NCBI RefSeq assembly: GCF_001412535.1 | Contig: NZ_CP011774.1 | Span: 3,260,539-3,292,538, forward strand | Source: Limnohabitans sp. 63ED37-2 | GTDB lineage: Bacteria; Pseudomonadota; Gammaproteobacteria; Burkholderiales; Burkholderiaceae_C | Length of the DNA: 32,000 bases | Direction of reading: 5' to 3' | Shown here: piece after piece, positions 17,751 to 25,761 of the stretch | How positions within the stretch are numbered: the stretch's first letter is position 1 | Layout: each line of letters opens with the position of its first letter | Program-made: the position numbers and the translations under genes | The notes under the pieces: model-generated | The model's input: the letters and a program-made list of their open reading frames with translations, nothing else | The model's database searches: none | Told to the model about the DNA's origin: nothing

Positions 17751-19043
17751 ATGCAGCAGCCACCGCACTCCACCTTGTATTTAGAGGCAGAGCGACACGC
17801 GGATGGAAAAAAGTCTGCGTTTCAAAAAACCACCCTCCGCAGCACCCTCACAGCCCTCCACGCTGCTCAACCGCAGTCCATCTACTTGCGAGACGGCGAA
17901 CTTGTCTTGTATCGACGCAGCCGCAGCCTGCTCTATCAATGTCGCTACCGTTTGGCTGACGGCAGTTGGGTAAGACAGACAACGGGTAAAGCAGCGTTAG
18001 AACACGCCATAGCCCGTGCTTGCGACATCTACGACGAAGCCAGATACAGACAAAGGTTGGGTTTAGCACACCGCACACACTCTGTCGCACAGATTGCTGC
18101 TGTTTGCTGTGCTGCGTTGCGGCAGCAGATTGACGGCAAAGGCAAGAAGACGGCGTTGAATGACTACCTCAGCATAATTGAACGCTACTTCGTGCCTTAC
18201 TTTGGTGAGCGGCAGTTGGAGACATTGACGCACACGGATGTGCGTGAGTTTGAGTTGTGGCGGGATAGGCAAATGACACGCAAGCCTAAAACCAGCACCC
18301 TCAACAATTTCACCAGTGCTTGGAGCAGGCTGGTTGCCACAGCCGTAGAGCAAGGCTACATATCAGAGCGTGTGCCAGTGCCCAAACTCACAAGCAAGGG
18401 CGAGAAGGGTAAAACACGCCCAGCGTTTAGCAAGGAAGAGATAGAGCAGTTGTTGGAGTTTGTGGAAACTTGGCAGCACAAGGGCAAGTTTGCTGTGGAG
18501 CACGAAATCCGTCCCTTGCTGCGTGACTACATTGAGATGTTGCTTTACACGGGTATGCGGCACGGCACAGAGGCAATGGGCATTAGGTGGCGGGACTTGG
18601 AGTGGCACACAAAAGATGGTGTGCGTTATCTGCGTGTATGGGTTGATGGAAAAACGGGCGGACGCTGGCTCATTGCCAAGCACAAGGCAGTTGATGTCTT
18701 GCGTAGGCTACACGCACGACAGAAGGACATTGCCTCTGTGCCGTTTGAAGATGTGCTCACTACACGAGTGCCGCACTTGCTGTTCCGCTTCAGTGATGGA
18801 CATCAGCCGCATAGTTTGGTGGGAACTTTTAGAAAGTTGATGCGGGACAGCGGCTTGTTGGTGGATGGTGCAGGGCAAACGCGAACACTCTACAGCCTAC
18901 GACACACCTACGCCACGCTGGCGTTGCTGGAGGGTGGGGCTGATATACACACGCTGAGCAAGCAGATGGGCAATAGTGCGGCAATGATTGAACGGCACTA
19001 CAGCAAATTGACAGCGACAATGGCGGCGGATAGGTTGGCTTAA
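17751..19043 (+). CDS. Tyrosine integrase of island 2
   Basis: 430 aa. Motifs: YTGMRHGTE, LYSLRHTYATLALLEGGADIHTLSKQMGNS and IERHYSKL. It is a paralogue of 14582-15898. Confidence 0.9.
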   Translation: MQQPPHSTLYLEAERHADGKKSAFQKTTLRSTLTALHAAQPQSIYLRDGELVLYRRSRSLLYQCRYRLADGSWVRQTTGKAALEHAIARACDIYDEARYRQRLGLAHRTHSVAQIAAVCCAALRQQIDGKGKKTALNDYLSIIERYFVPYFGERQLETLTHTDVREFELWRDRQMTRKPKTSTLNNFTSAWSRLVATAVEQGYISERVPVPKLTSKGEKGKTRPAFSKEEIEQLLEFVETWQHKGKFAVEHEIRPLLRDYIEMLLYTGMRHGTEAMGIRWRDLEWHTKDGVRYLRVWVDGKTGGRWLIAKHKAVDVLRRLHARQKDIASVPFEDVLTTRVPHLLFRFSDGHQPHSLVGTFRKLMRDSGLLVDGAGQTRTLYSLRHTYATLALLEGGADIHTLSKQMGNSAAMIERHYSKLTATMAADRLA

Positions 19044-19098
19044 CAAATTTGTTGATTCTTTATTTGAGATGTGTATGATTAAAGAGAATGGAGAATTT

Positions 19099-19350
19099 AT
19101 GAAATCATTTTTAAAAACAACTGTATTCGCTTCAATTGTTATTGTGGTGAGTGGCTGTGGTACATCACCATCGTATCAACCTCAACCACAAAGACAACTC
19201 ACACCATTAGAGGCCTGTTTAAATGAAGCAAAAAGAGCGGAAGCGAGATGTTCGTTGCCGCACCTTTTTCAAAATAGACCGCAAGAAATTAGAGCGTGTG
19301 AAGATAGAGAGTTAATTCAGCAAGATAGATGTTATGCAAGATTTAAATGA
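19099..19350 (+). CDS. Small lipoprotein, Cys-rich mature part
   Basis: A GGAGA RBS lies 4 nt before the ATG at 19099. The signal peptide MKSFLKTTVFASIVIVVSGC has a lipobox VSGC. The mature part has four further Cys residues. Confidence 0.6.
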   Translation: MKSFLKTTVFASIVIVVSGCGTSPSYQPQPQRQLTPLEACLNEAKRAEARCSLPHLFQNRPQEIRACEDRELIQQDRCYARFK

Positions 19351-19562
19351 TTGAACATCTAAAATTAAAAGTTTTGTTAATAGCCTGCTGTTCTGCATCA
19401 GGACTGGCGTTGGCAAGTGCTGGGACATTAAGAAGTTGTGAAGGTATCAGCACCAGTGCTGGCTACAAGTATGTGGGAACATACTGTGTAGATTACGAAT
19501 GTAAATTTGTAGTGAGAAAAATATTCAACGAATATTGCCCGTATCTTTTGCCCAATGAATGA
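19347..19562 (+). CDS. Small exported Cys-rich protein
   Basis: ATGA overlap with the upstream gene. It has a hydrophobic N-terminus (KVLLIACCSASGLALASA, possible lipobox LIAC) and four Cys residues in the 45-aa mature part. Confidence 0.5.
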   Translation: MIEHLKLKVLLIACCSASGLALASAGTLRSCEGISTSAGYKYVGTYCVDYECKFVVRKIFNEYCPYLLPNE

Positions 19563-19576
19563 AGGATAAATGTTAA

Positions 19577-19837
19577 ATGAGCACACCACAACAACGACTT
19601 GAAGAAATAGCCAAAGAAAAAAAGGCACTTGCAGATGAAGAAGCACAGTTGCTGGCAGCGTCGAAAGATGCTGACTTGGAACTGGTGAAGAAGTTGTGCA
19701 AGCAGCACGGATTCACAGCAACACAACTGCGTGGATGCTTGGCAACTAAAGGCAAGAAAAAGCCTGCAGCAGCGGCTACGGAAAAGAAGCCAGCAGCAAA
19801 GAAGACTGCTGCGAAGAAAACAGCCAAATCCAAGTAA
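19577..19837 (+). CDS. H-NS N-terminal-like coiled-coil protein with Lys/Ala-rich basic tail
   Basis: 86 aa. The N-terminal heptad region and the segment LVKKLCKQHGFTATQL resemble the oligomerisation domain and the ..YGIT..EL segment of betaproteobacterial H-NS-like proteins. The C-terminus KGKKKPAAAATEKKPAAKKTAAKKTAKSK is histone-H1-like. The canonical H-NS DNA-binding motif is absent. Confidence 0.6.
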   Translation: MSTPQQRLEEIAKEKKALADEEAQLLAASKDADLELVKKLCKQHGFTATQLRGCLATKGKKKPAAAATEKKPAAKKTAAKKTAKSK

Positions 19838-19859
19838 TCTCAACTTGATGTAGCAAGAG

Positions 19860-19891
19860 CAGCGTGGGCTAACAACTCACGCTGTTTTTTT
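19860..19891 (+). terminator. Rho-independent terminator after the H-NS-like gene
   Basis: A 7-bp stem CAGCGTG / CACGCTG with an 11-nt loop is followed by 7 T (19885-19891). The next ORF's ATG (19892) abuts the T-run with no Shine-Dalgarno sequence. Confidence 0.55.
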
Positions 19892-20503
19892 ATGCCAAAA
19901 CTTGACGGAACACACATACTTGAGCGTTTGAAGAAACGCATTGAGCAACTGGAAGCGGGTGATGAAATTGCTGACAAAGAAATCCGCAGTCTGCTCAACG
20001 ATGCACAACGAGCGGAGTTGGACGGTGCTTGGGAACAGCAGCAGCAACTACGAAAGAACAAAAGAGCAAGAACAGAGCAAGAACAGCAAGCATTAGGATG
20101 GAAGAGCAAACGACAGGTGCGGATAGAAGTGCTGAAGGCTGCACTGAAAACTGCTTGGGATGGGATTGAAGCAGAGTTTGATCGGTTGAAAGATCAAGCA
20201 GAAATTCGCGGTGCCAAAATTTTCTTTGACACACTGACCCAAGCATTGAAAGATGGCAAGGACAAGCAAGTTGCTGAGAAATTGGCAAACAATGCAATGA
20301 CAAGAGCAGGCTTGCGGCGAATGGACGGACAGCAAGTTGGACAGCAAGGACTGACCAAGCGAGACAGAGAGATTAGGGCAATGGAAGATGCGTTGCTTGA
20401 AAAGGCAGTGAGTGAAATGGACGACTACGAGCGTGAGCAGTATGAGTTAGGGCAAGAGCACGAAAAGGCACTGCGTGAAAGAAGCAAAAAACTTGGTAGG
20501 TAG
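19892..20503 (+). CDS. Hypothetical helical, charged protein (203 aa)
   Basis: Long ORF with coding-like composition and no recognisable motif. The start lacks an RBS, so expression and start position are uncertain. Confidence 0.55.
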   Translation: MPKLDGTHILERLKKRIEQLEAGDEIADKEIRSLLNDAQRAELDGAWEQQQQLRKNKRARTEQEQQALGWKSKRQVRIEVLKAALKTAWDGIEAEFDRLKDQAEIRGAKIFFDTLTQALKDGKDKQVAEKLANNAMTRAGLRRMDGQQVGQQGLTKRDREIRAMEDALLEKAVSEMDDYEREQYELGQEHEKALRERSKKLGR

Positions 20504-20551
20504 GCTGGAAGGCAGGTGAATAGTGGCTTTGCGGGGTTTGGGCAGAGTTAA

Positions 20552-20620
20552 AGGGTATGGTTTATTGAAAAGCAGGGTTTTTGCCAGTGCAAGTTTGGTG
20601 CTGTGAAAAACCCTGCTTTT
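20552..20620. repeat. Island 2 intergenic repeat, copy A: 35-bp conserved block plus long hairpin
   Basis: 20552-20586 (AGGGTATGGTTTATTGAAAAGCAGGGTTTTTGCCA) is identical to 23714-23748. A 15-bp stem AAAAGCAGGGTTTTT (20568-20582) pairs with AAAAACCCTGCTTTT (20606-20620) across a 23-nt loop. Confidence 0.6.
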
Positions 20621-20660
20621 TGCTAAACCCTATGTGTTTAGCGTAGCAAATGGAGCATCG

Positions 20661-21329
20661 ATGGCAACAGCAGCGAAAACAACCAAGCAAATAATCCAAG
20701 CATACAAAGCAGTGCGACAGGTTGAAGCACTGACGCAAGCGAAGTTGGATGCACTGCTGGAAACAAACACACTCTACAAGTTGTTCGAGCCAGACACACG
20801 ACATCCTTACTATGTGTTGGCAGATGCTGGGAAAAATACACTTGCTGCTTTTGAATCGGCAATTGCTGGCGTGCTTGATTGGAAGATTGGAAGTTCAACT
20901 ATTGGTGAAGAACTGGACAAAGTGAAGGCAAGGCAGATAGTGAATGAAGAAGCGGAAGATGCAGACTTGGATGCATTGCGACTCATACAGCCAGTTGCAA
21001 TGACTGAAGAGCAAGTGGCAGATAAATTGATAACCGCTTACTACGCTGCTTGTTCGGTTTGGATTAAAGCAAAAGACAGCGTGGTCAATGCTGAATTGTC
21101 AGATTTGTTTGGGAAGAAAAATGCTGAGCGGCATAAAGAGACACCTGCTGTAAAACTGACAAAAGAAGCAAACGCAGCGATTCGTAATATTATGAAATCC
21201 ACTCAGCAAATGAGAGACTATGGAAATGGCACCAACACACTTCGACGAGAACTTGAAAAGAAGCAAGTGATGCGTGGATTGAGTGGTCAAGGCATAGATG
21301 CTGCAATTAAACTGATGTTGAAACCGTAA
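20661..21329 (+). CDS. Hypothetical protein (222 aa)
   Basis: A GGAG RBS precedes the ATG at 20661 (the ORF track starts at an upstream GTG, 20634). No motif recognised. Its stop abuts the stop of the convergent recombinase gene. Confidence 0.6.
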   Translation: MATAAKTTKQIIQAYKAVRQVEALTQAKLDALLETNTLYKLFEPDTRHPYYVLADAGKNTLAAFESAIAGVLDWKIGSSTIGEELDKVKARQIVNEEAEDADLDALRLIQPVAMTEEQVADKLITAYYAACSVWIKAKDSVVNAELSDLFGKKNAERHKETPAVKLTKEANAAIRNIMKSTQQMRDYGNGTNTLRRELEKKQVMRGLSGQGIDAAIKLMLKP

Positions 21330-21902
21330 TCAGACCAACTCCACGGCCTTGCGAAGAACATCATCTGCAGTCGTCACATACCTCATCGTTGTTTTTATGT
21401 CGCGATGACCGGCTAATTTTGCTAAAACAAATACAGAGATTCCTTGCGAGGCCAAAGAGGACAGAAAAGTTTTTCTTCCGCTGTGCGAACTGGCGTTGCT
21501 AACACCAGCCTTGCGATACAACCAGTAAAAGTGCTGGGCGAGTGTGTTGGGTGAAAAACTGCAGCGTGGTCCGCGATGTGTGGGGAACAATGGCAACGCT
21601 GGGTCTTTGTTGGTGCGTGTAGCAATGTAGTCTGCCAACTCTTGCTGCAAACGGCTGTTGATGTAGATAGTGCGAGCGTGATTGTGTTTGACACGATGAG
21701 CAGCAAGAAAGACCTCGCCACGCACACAACCCGTGCTGTCCAACACATCACCAAGTGTCAGCCCAGCAACTTCGCTGACACGCAAGCCTGCTGCAACCGT
21801 CATCATCAGCATTGCTCTGTTGCGTTGTGCGTAGGGTTGAGTTGCTGTGTAAGTGAGCACTCGATCAAGTTCTGCGGGTGTAAGTGATTTTGCTGTTGCC
21901 AT
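21330..21902 (-). CDS. FimB/FimE-sized tyrosine recombinase (catalytic domain only, 190 aa)
   Basis: GGAG lies 6 nt before the ATG at 21902. Motifs: LTPAELDRVL...AQRNRAMLMMTVAAGLRVSEV, HSGRKT and GHRDIKTTMRY. The length and the N-terminal LT..E...L.....P.A.RN pattern resemble FimB/FimE-type invertases as I recall them. Confidence 0.85.
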   Translation of the reverse strand: MATAKSLTPAELDRVLTYTATQPYAQRNRAMLMMTVAAGLRVSEVAGLTLGDVLDSTGCVRGEVFLAAHRVKHNHARTIYINSRLQQELADYIATRTNKDPALPLFPTHRGPRCSFSPNTLAQHFYWLYRKAGVSNASSHSGRKTFLSSLASQGISVFVLAKLAGHRDIKTTMRYVTTADDVLRKAVELV

Positions 21903-22782
21903 ATGTTGCTCCAAATAATGTGCGTGAAATAAGTGTGCGTTCTTATCGGTGTTGAGAACAAGAGAAACCCGATGCTTTGGCGGGTTGATAGTGATCTGTT
22001 CTAAAACAAGAGGTTGCGTTGCCGTCCAAGTAGTTTGTGTATTCTGTTATCTCTCAAGTATTTACGCTGCAGCGTGGGCAGTGAGCAACGAAACGAGCAA
22101 GAACGCATAAAAAGCCCTACAACGGCGTTTTGACCGCCGCCAGCATCGCAGCGAGCAAGGACGAAAAAATCACTGCGTGTAGGGCTGATTTGAGGTGCTG
22201 CTGCGTGTTTTTGCCCGAAAGTAAGTTGTTGCCACAAAAAATCTGCTGCGTAATTTCTGCGTGGTTGCGAGATCTCGGGTGTTGGTGATTTGCTCTAACA
22301 CGGGTGTTGGACAAGAGTGTGGTCATACTTTCGTTTGACCGATGTTTTGCTGACAGATGAAACAAGGGTGTAGAGCGAACTGGCGTTCGCTGTGCTGTCG
22401 TAATGCTCAGGTCGCTTCGCTCTGTCGCATTACTCAGCACCACTTGCTTCGCGTTCGGTATTTGGTATTGACTGGTTTGGGAAAGTTTTGAGCAAACGAC
22501 GGCTATGTCATCGCAAGATGAACAGAAGCCGCCGTGTCGTTCTGGTCAGTGCAAAGCCCATCGCAGGACGAGATTGAAAGAGTTTGACGCAAGACGAATG
22601 TATTGGAACTTGCAAACTGCTTCTGCATTGATTTGCATTGCAGCAACTCTGCGGCTCACTCAGTGCAACAAGCCTTCAATCCAACCTGTTGCGAGTGCGG
22701 GGTCATTAGCCGTCATATTACAACCCGCGTTTTTTCCCTTTGTTAGAGCAGTGGAGTATCTGCTGTAGTAGTGCCTGAATGT

Positions 22783-23106
22783 TTAGTGTTGTGCCTGTGC
22801 CAAATGTCGGTGCTGTTTGAATAGTTGCCTGTTGATTTTGCTGCTGATGTTAAGAATGGGATTGGCTGCTGTGGGTTTGAGTTTAATTCTTGTGTTCTTG
22901 TGTGCCATTTGATGCTGAAATGTTTCCAGTGTCGTGCGTTGAGATTGGGTCAGTAGGTTGCTGTGTTGTGTGAGTAGAGCGTGTGCCTGTTGTTGTGCCT
23001 GAAGTAGTCGAATGTGCGTAGTGCCAAATGTCTGAACAGCAATGCCGTTGTCTCGCAACCAGTCTGCTGTCAGTCCGTCATCCATAAAGTTCTTGTATTT
23101 GTTCAT
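22783..23106 (-). CDS. Possible small Gln/His-rich hypothetical protein
   Basis: The ORF is divergent from 23260-23700. An ATG at 23106 (MNKYKNFMDDGLTADWLRDNG...) is more plausible than the 23181 start. No homology recognised. Weak call. Confidence 0.35.
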   Translation of the reverse strand: MNKYKNFMDDGLTADWLRDNGIAVQTFGTTHIRLLQAQQQAHALLTQHSNLLTQSQRTTLETFQHQMAHKNTRIKLKPTAANPILNISSKINRQLFKQHRHLAQAQH

Positions 23107-23259
23107 ACAAGTATTTAGCAACGACCAAACAATGCCTGTGTAAAAGTGAATGATTGTTTGGTGTGTGTGGCAGATTGACACTGGACGGCAGAAAGAGGTT
23201 GTCCAGATGTTGGTGATGAAAATAAAGTTAGTTCATTGCTACATAGAAAGGACAACGCA

Positions 23260-23700
23260 ATGACAGCACTTACAGGTTTGAAATTGACGGCGGCACAGAA
23301 GCCCACGCAAATGAGCCCCGTTCAGCAACGCCGAAACAAGTTGGCAAAACGCTTGTGGGAACAGGCAGAGTTGGCAAAGGCACAGCAAACGGGTGGCACA
23401 TTTGCACCCAAAAAGTTCCGCTCGATTACAGATGCGAACACTGGCGAACGCAAGCAAGTTGAGCAATCCAAAAAAATCAAGCAGTGGTGGTTCGTTGCAG
23501 ATAGTGGCAAGTTGGTGTTGAGCGTGAGATACGGCACCAAAGTGCTTGAGTTGGCAAAGGGCAAGTGGGCAGTGGAAGTGGGTAGCGAAAAGGATTTGGT
23601 GCCTACGCTTGAACTGCTGAAGGGTGCGGTGCTGGGTGGTGAGTTGGATGCACAGATTGAAGCAGCGTCCAACAAACTGCGTGAGGGCTTTGGAGGGTAA
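23260..23700 (+). CDS. Conserved island backbone protein of unknown function (146 aa)
   Basis: An AAAGGA RBS precedes the ATG at 23260. It is a homologue of 9436-9882. Confidence 0.75.
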   Translation: MTALTGLKLTAAQKPTQMSPVQQRRNKLAKRLWEQAELAKAQQTGGTFAPKKFRSITDANTGERKQVEQSKKIKQWWFVADSGKLVLSVRYGTKVLELAKGKWAVEVGSEKDLVPTLELLKGAVLGGELDAQIEAASNKLREGFGG

Positions 23701-23713
23701 GGATTGGGGGTAG

Positions 23714-23779
23714 AGGGTATGGTTTATTGAAAAGCAGGGTTTTTGCCACGCTACTTGGGTAGGGTGAAAAACCGTGCTT
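23714..23779. repeat. Island 2 intergenic repeat, copy B
   Basis: The 35-bp block is identical to 20552-20586. The equivalent hairpin (23730-23744 with 23767-23779) has one mismatch. Confidence 0.55.
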
Positions 23780-23830
23780 ATCGATAAACAGGGGCTGTTG
23801 ATGCAGCAATGTGTGGGCACTAAATACTTG

Positions 23831-24169
23831 ATGAACAAATATTTGGTGACCGTGCGTGTAGGTGGGCAGTTGGTGAAAACAGCAGTATTTGCTGACAGCA
23901 CCATTCACGCAAAACTGCTGTGTCAATACAAGTATGGGATGAACAGCATTGCTGTAAGTCCTGTGCGTGTAGATGAAGCAGAAGATGACAGCACATTGCT
24001 TGACAGCACCATCAAGCCCAAGCCTCCAGCAACACCAGCACAAGCCCGCATCAACTCGCTCAAGCAAGGCGTGGAGCGTAGTAGAGAGCAACTACACGCA
24101 GAACGCGAGCGACAACGACAACAGCGTGAAGCAGAACGCAGACGCAAGCAACAACAGCAACGCTTCTAA
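23831..24169 (+). CDS. Small conserved island protein with Gln/Arg-rich tail
   Basis: The ATG at 23831 gives MNKYLVTVRVGG..., homologous to 9273-9422. The tail (KPKPPATPAQ..., ERERQRQQREAERRRKQQQQRF) resembles 8988-9242. Confidence 0.5.
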   Translation: MNKYLVTVRVGGQLVKTAVFADSTIHAKLLCQYKYGMNSIAVSPVRVDEAEDDSTLLDSTIKPKPPATPAQARINSLKQGVERSREQLHAERERQRQQREAERRRKQQQQRF

Positions 24170-24419
24170 CGCTGCGTAGTGCTGTGCTTGACAGCGTAAT
24201 GCAACGCTGAAATGTTGCAAAACGGCGTGAATATGCGGGTTATGGCGACGAAATGTAGTGATTTAGAAAAACACGGCGACATCAATGACAGGCATAGTTA
24301 AAATGGTGCGAGATACTTTGCAAGCAGCGTTTTGCGAAATGCAGCAAAAACACGCACACCCCACTTTTGCAACGCTGCAGATGCTTGTGCTACAATGCAT
24401 TATCAGTTTGGGGACAGCG

Positions 24420-24465
<46 letters not shown>

Positions 24466-24468
24466 ATC

Positions 24469-24509
24469 AAACGTCGTAGAAATGCAAGTTTCTACGACGT
24501 TTTATTTTT
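24469..24509 (+). terminator. Rho-independent terminator downstream of the tRNA-Phe 3' half
   Basis: A perfect 14-bp stem AAACGTCGTAGAAA / TTTCTACGACGTTT with loop TGCAAG is followed by TATTTTT. Confidence 0.7.
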
Positions 24510-24523
24510 CAAGTCATCCCTGT

Positions 24524-24599
24524 TCCTCAATAGCTCAGTCGGTAGAGCGCCGGACTGTTAATCCGTAGGTCCCTGGTTCGAGCCCAGGTTGAGGAGCCA
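24524..24599 (+). tRNA. tRNA-Asn (anticodon GTT)
   Basis: TCCTCAATAGCTCAGTCGGTAGAGCGCCGGACTGTTAATCCGTAGGTCCCTGGTTCGAGCCCAGGTTGAGGAGCCA. The acceptor is TCCTCAA/TTGAGGA. Close to the E. coli tRNA-Asn as I recall it. Confidence 0.93.
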
Positions 24600-24625
24600 T
24601 TCAGGCCATGACGAGATGCTTGCCG

Positions 24626-24702
24626 GGAGTGGTAGTTCAGTTGGTTAGAATACCGGCCTGTCACGCCGGGGGTCGCGGGTTCGAGTCCCGTCCACTCCGC
24701 CA
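24626..24702 (+). tRNA. tRNA-Asp (anticodon GTC)
   Basis: GGAGTGGTAGTTCAGTTGGTTAGAATACCGGCCTGTCACGCCGGGGGTCGCGGGTTCGAGTCCCGTCCACTCCGCCA. The acceptor is GGAGTGG/CCACTCC. Confidence 0.93.
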
Positions 24703-24713
24703 AAGTGATGCAT

Positions 24714-24789
24714 GCGGGAATAGCTCAGTTGGTAGAGCGCAACCTTGCCAAGGTTGAGGTCGCGAGTTCGAGCCTCGTTTCCCGCTCCA
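24714..24789 (+). tRNA. tRNA-Gly (anticodon GCC)
   Basis: GCGGGAATAGCTCAGTTGGTAGAGCGCAACCTTGCCAAGGTTGAGGTCGCGAGTTCGAGCCTCGTTTCCCGCTCCA. The acceptor is GCGGGAA/TTCCCGC. Confidence 0.93.
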
Positions 24790-24794
24790 GATTC

Positions 24795-24831
24795 AAGCCC
24801 CTCAGGCGCCAGCCTGAGGGGCTTTGTTGTT
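24795..24831. terminator. Bidirectional hairpin terminator between the tRNA cluster and the convergent hydrolase gene
   Basis: A 12-bp stem AAGCCCCTCAGG / CCTGAGGGGCTT with loop CGCCAG is followed by TGTTGTT. It lies 6 nt from the stop of the minus-strand gene. Confidence 0.65.
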
Positions 24832-24837
24832 GGGGCT

Positions 24838-25761
24838 TCACGTGTTGTGCAACACGCCGTCCACCTCTTGCACGGCGCCACTGCGCGCCAACTCGGCCAG
24901 CATCATGTCCAGCCAAGTGCTCAGGCTGTGGCCATGGCCAAAGCGGTGGTGCAATGCGCGCATGTAGGGCACCTTCATGGCCCAAGCGCTGAAATCGGCG
25001 TGCGTGATGTGGCCCCATTCAAGCAGTTTAAATTTGAGCAGCACCTTGGCGCCATATCGTGCGTGGCGCTCGGGGTTTTGCGCGAAGCCTTCGAGTTTGC
25101 TGCGGGCCAAGGCCAGTGCTGGGCCCACTTCGGTGAAGACCGCGCCATGCCCCGGGATGATGGTGGCAGGAGCGAGTTGTTCGATCAGGTCCAGTGTCTG
25201 CGATACCTCGTCAAAGGCTTCGAGGCCTTCGAGCGCCGGGAACACCACACCAAAGCCGTTTTGCCAGAGCGCATCGGCCGACATCAGCAGGCGGTGTTCG
25301 GGCGCAAACAAGATCACCGAGTGCGGGTCGTGTCCGGGTGCGGCGTGCACTTGCCAGTCCATGTCGGCCCAGCGGTGGGTGCTGCCCGGTTGCAGTAAAC
25401 CGCTAAACGTAAAGGGGGGGCAGTTCTGGCCTGAGGGTTGGTAGCTCAACTCGTCTTCGCGCCAATGCTGAACGGCTTGTGACAGGCCGGGTGGTATCCA
25501 GGTTTGGAGTCCCGGGTAGTGCGCTTGCAGGGCCTGGTTGCCGCCACAGTGGTCGCTGTGCAGATGGGTGTTGACCAGTTGGTCCAGCATGCGGCCTTGC
25601 AGGCCTTGCGCCACCAAGGCCAGGGTTTGGGCCTGGTGGGTGACGTAGCCGCTGTCGACCAAGGTGGCGCTGTCCGCGTCCAGCAGAAGCACGTTGTTGG
25701 CCGACAACCAGCCGCGTTCGAACACGCGCACGCCTGGTGGCAGGGTGCAGGGTGGATTCAT
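24838..25761 (-). CDS. MBL-fold metallo-hydrolase
   Basis: The ATG at 25761 (MNPPCTLPPG...) overlaps the fadD stop (ATGA). The HLHSDHCGG motif is the beta-lactamase-fold zinc site. The ORF-track extension to 25974 lies inside fadD and is not needed. Confidence 0.8.
   Translation of the reverse strand: MNPPCTLPPGVRVFERGWLSANNVLLLDADSATLVDSGYVTHQAQTLALVAQGLQGRMLDQLVNTHLHSDHCGGNQALQAHYPGLQTWIPPGLSQAVQHWREDELSYQPSGQNCPPFTFSGLLQPGSTHRWADMDWQVHAAPGHDPHSVILFAPEHRLLMSADALWQNGFGVVFPALEGLEAFDEVSQTLDLIEQLAPATIIPGHGAVFTEVGPALALARSKLEGFAQNPERHARYGAKVLLKFKLLEWGHITHADFSAWAMKVPYMRALHHRFGHGHSLSTWLDMMLAELARSGAVQEVDGVLHNT

Noticed and set aside
21946-22109. 9-bp inverted repeat TGCGTTCTT / AAGAACGCA close to the small recombinase start, considered as a fimS-like switch boundary.
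   Set aside because: Several 9-bp inverted repeats are expected by chance in this region, and no supporting flanking repeats were seen. The 10-bp pair at 22291/22741 with flanking direct repeats is the better, still weak, candidate.
22505-22768. 87-aa plus-strand ORF inside the gene-poor stretch of island 2.
   Set aside because: It has no RBS, a Cys/Arg-rich start and no homologue in island 1. It is treated as non-coding.
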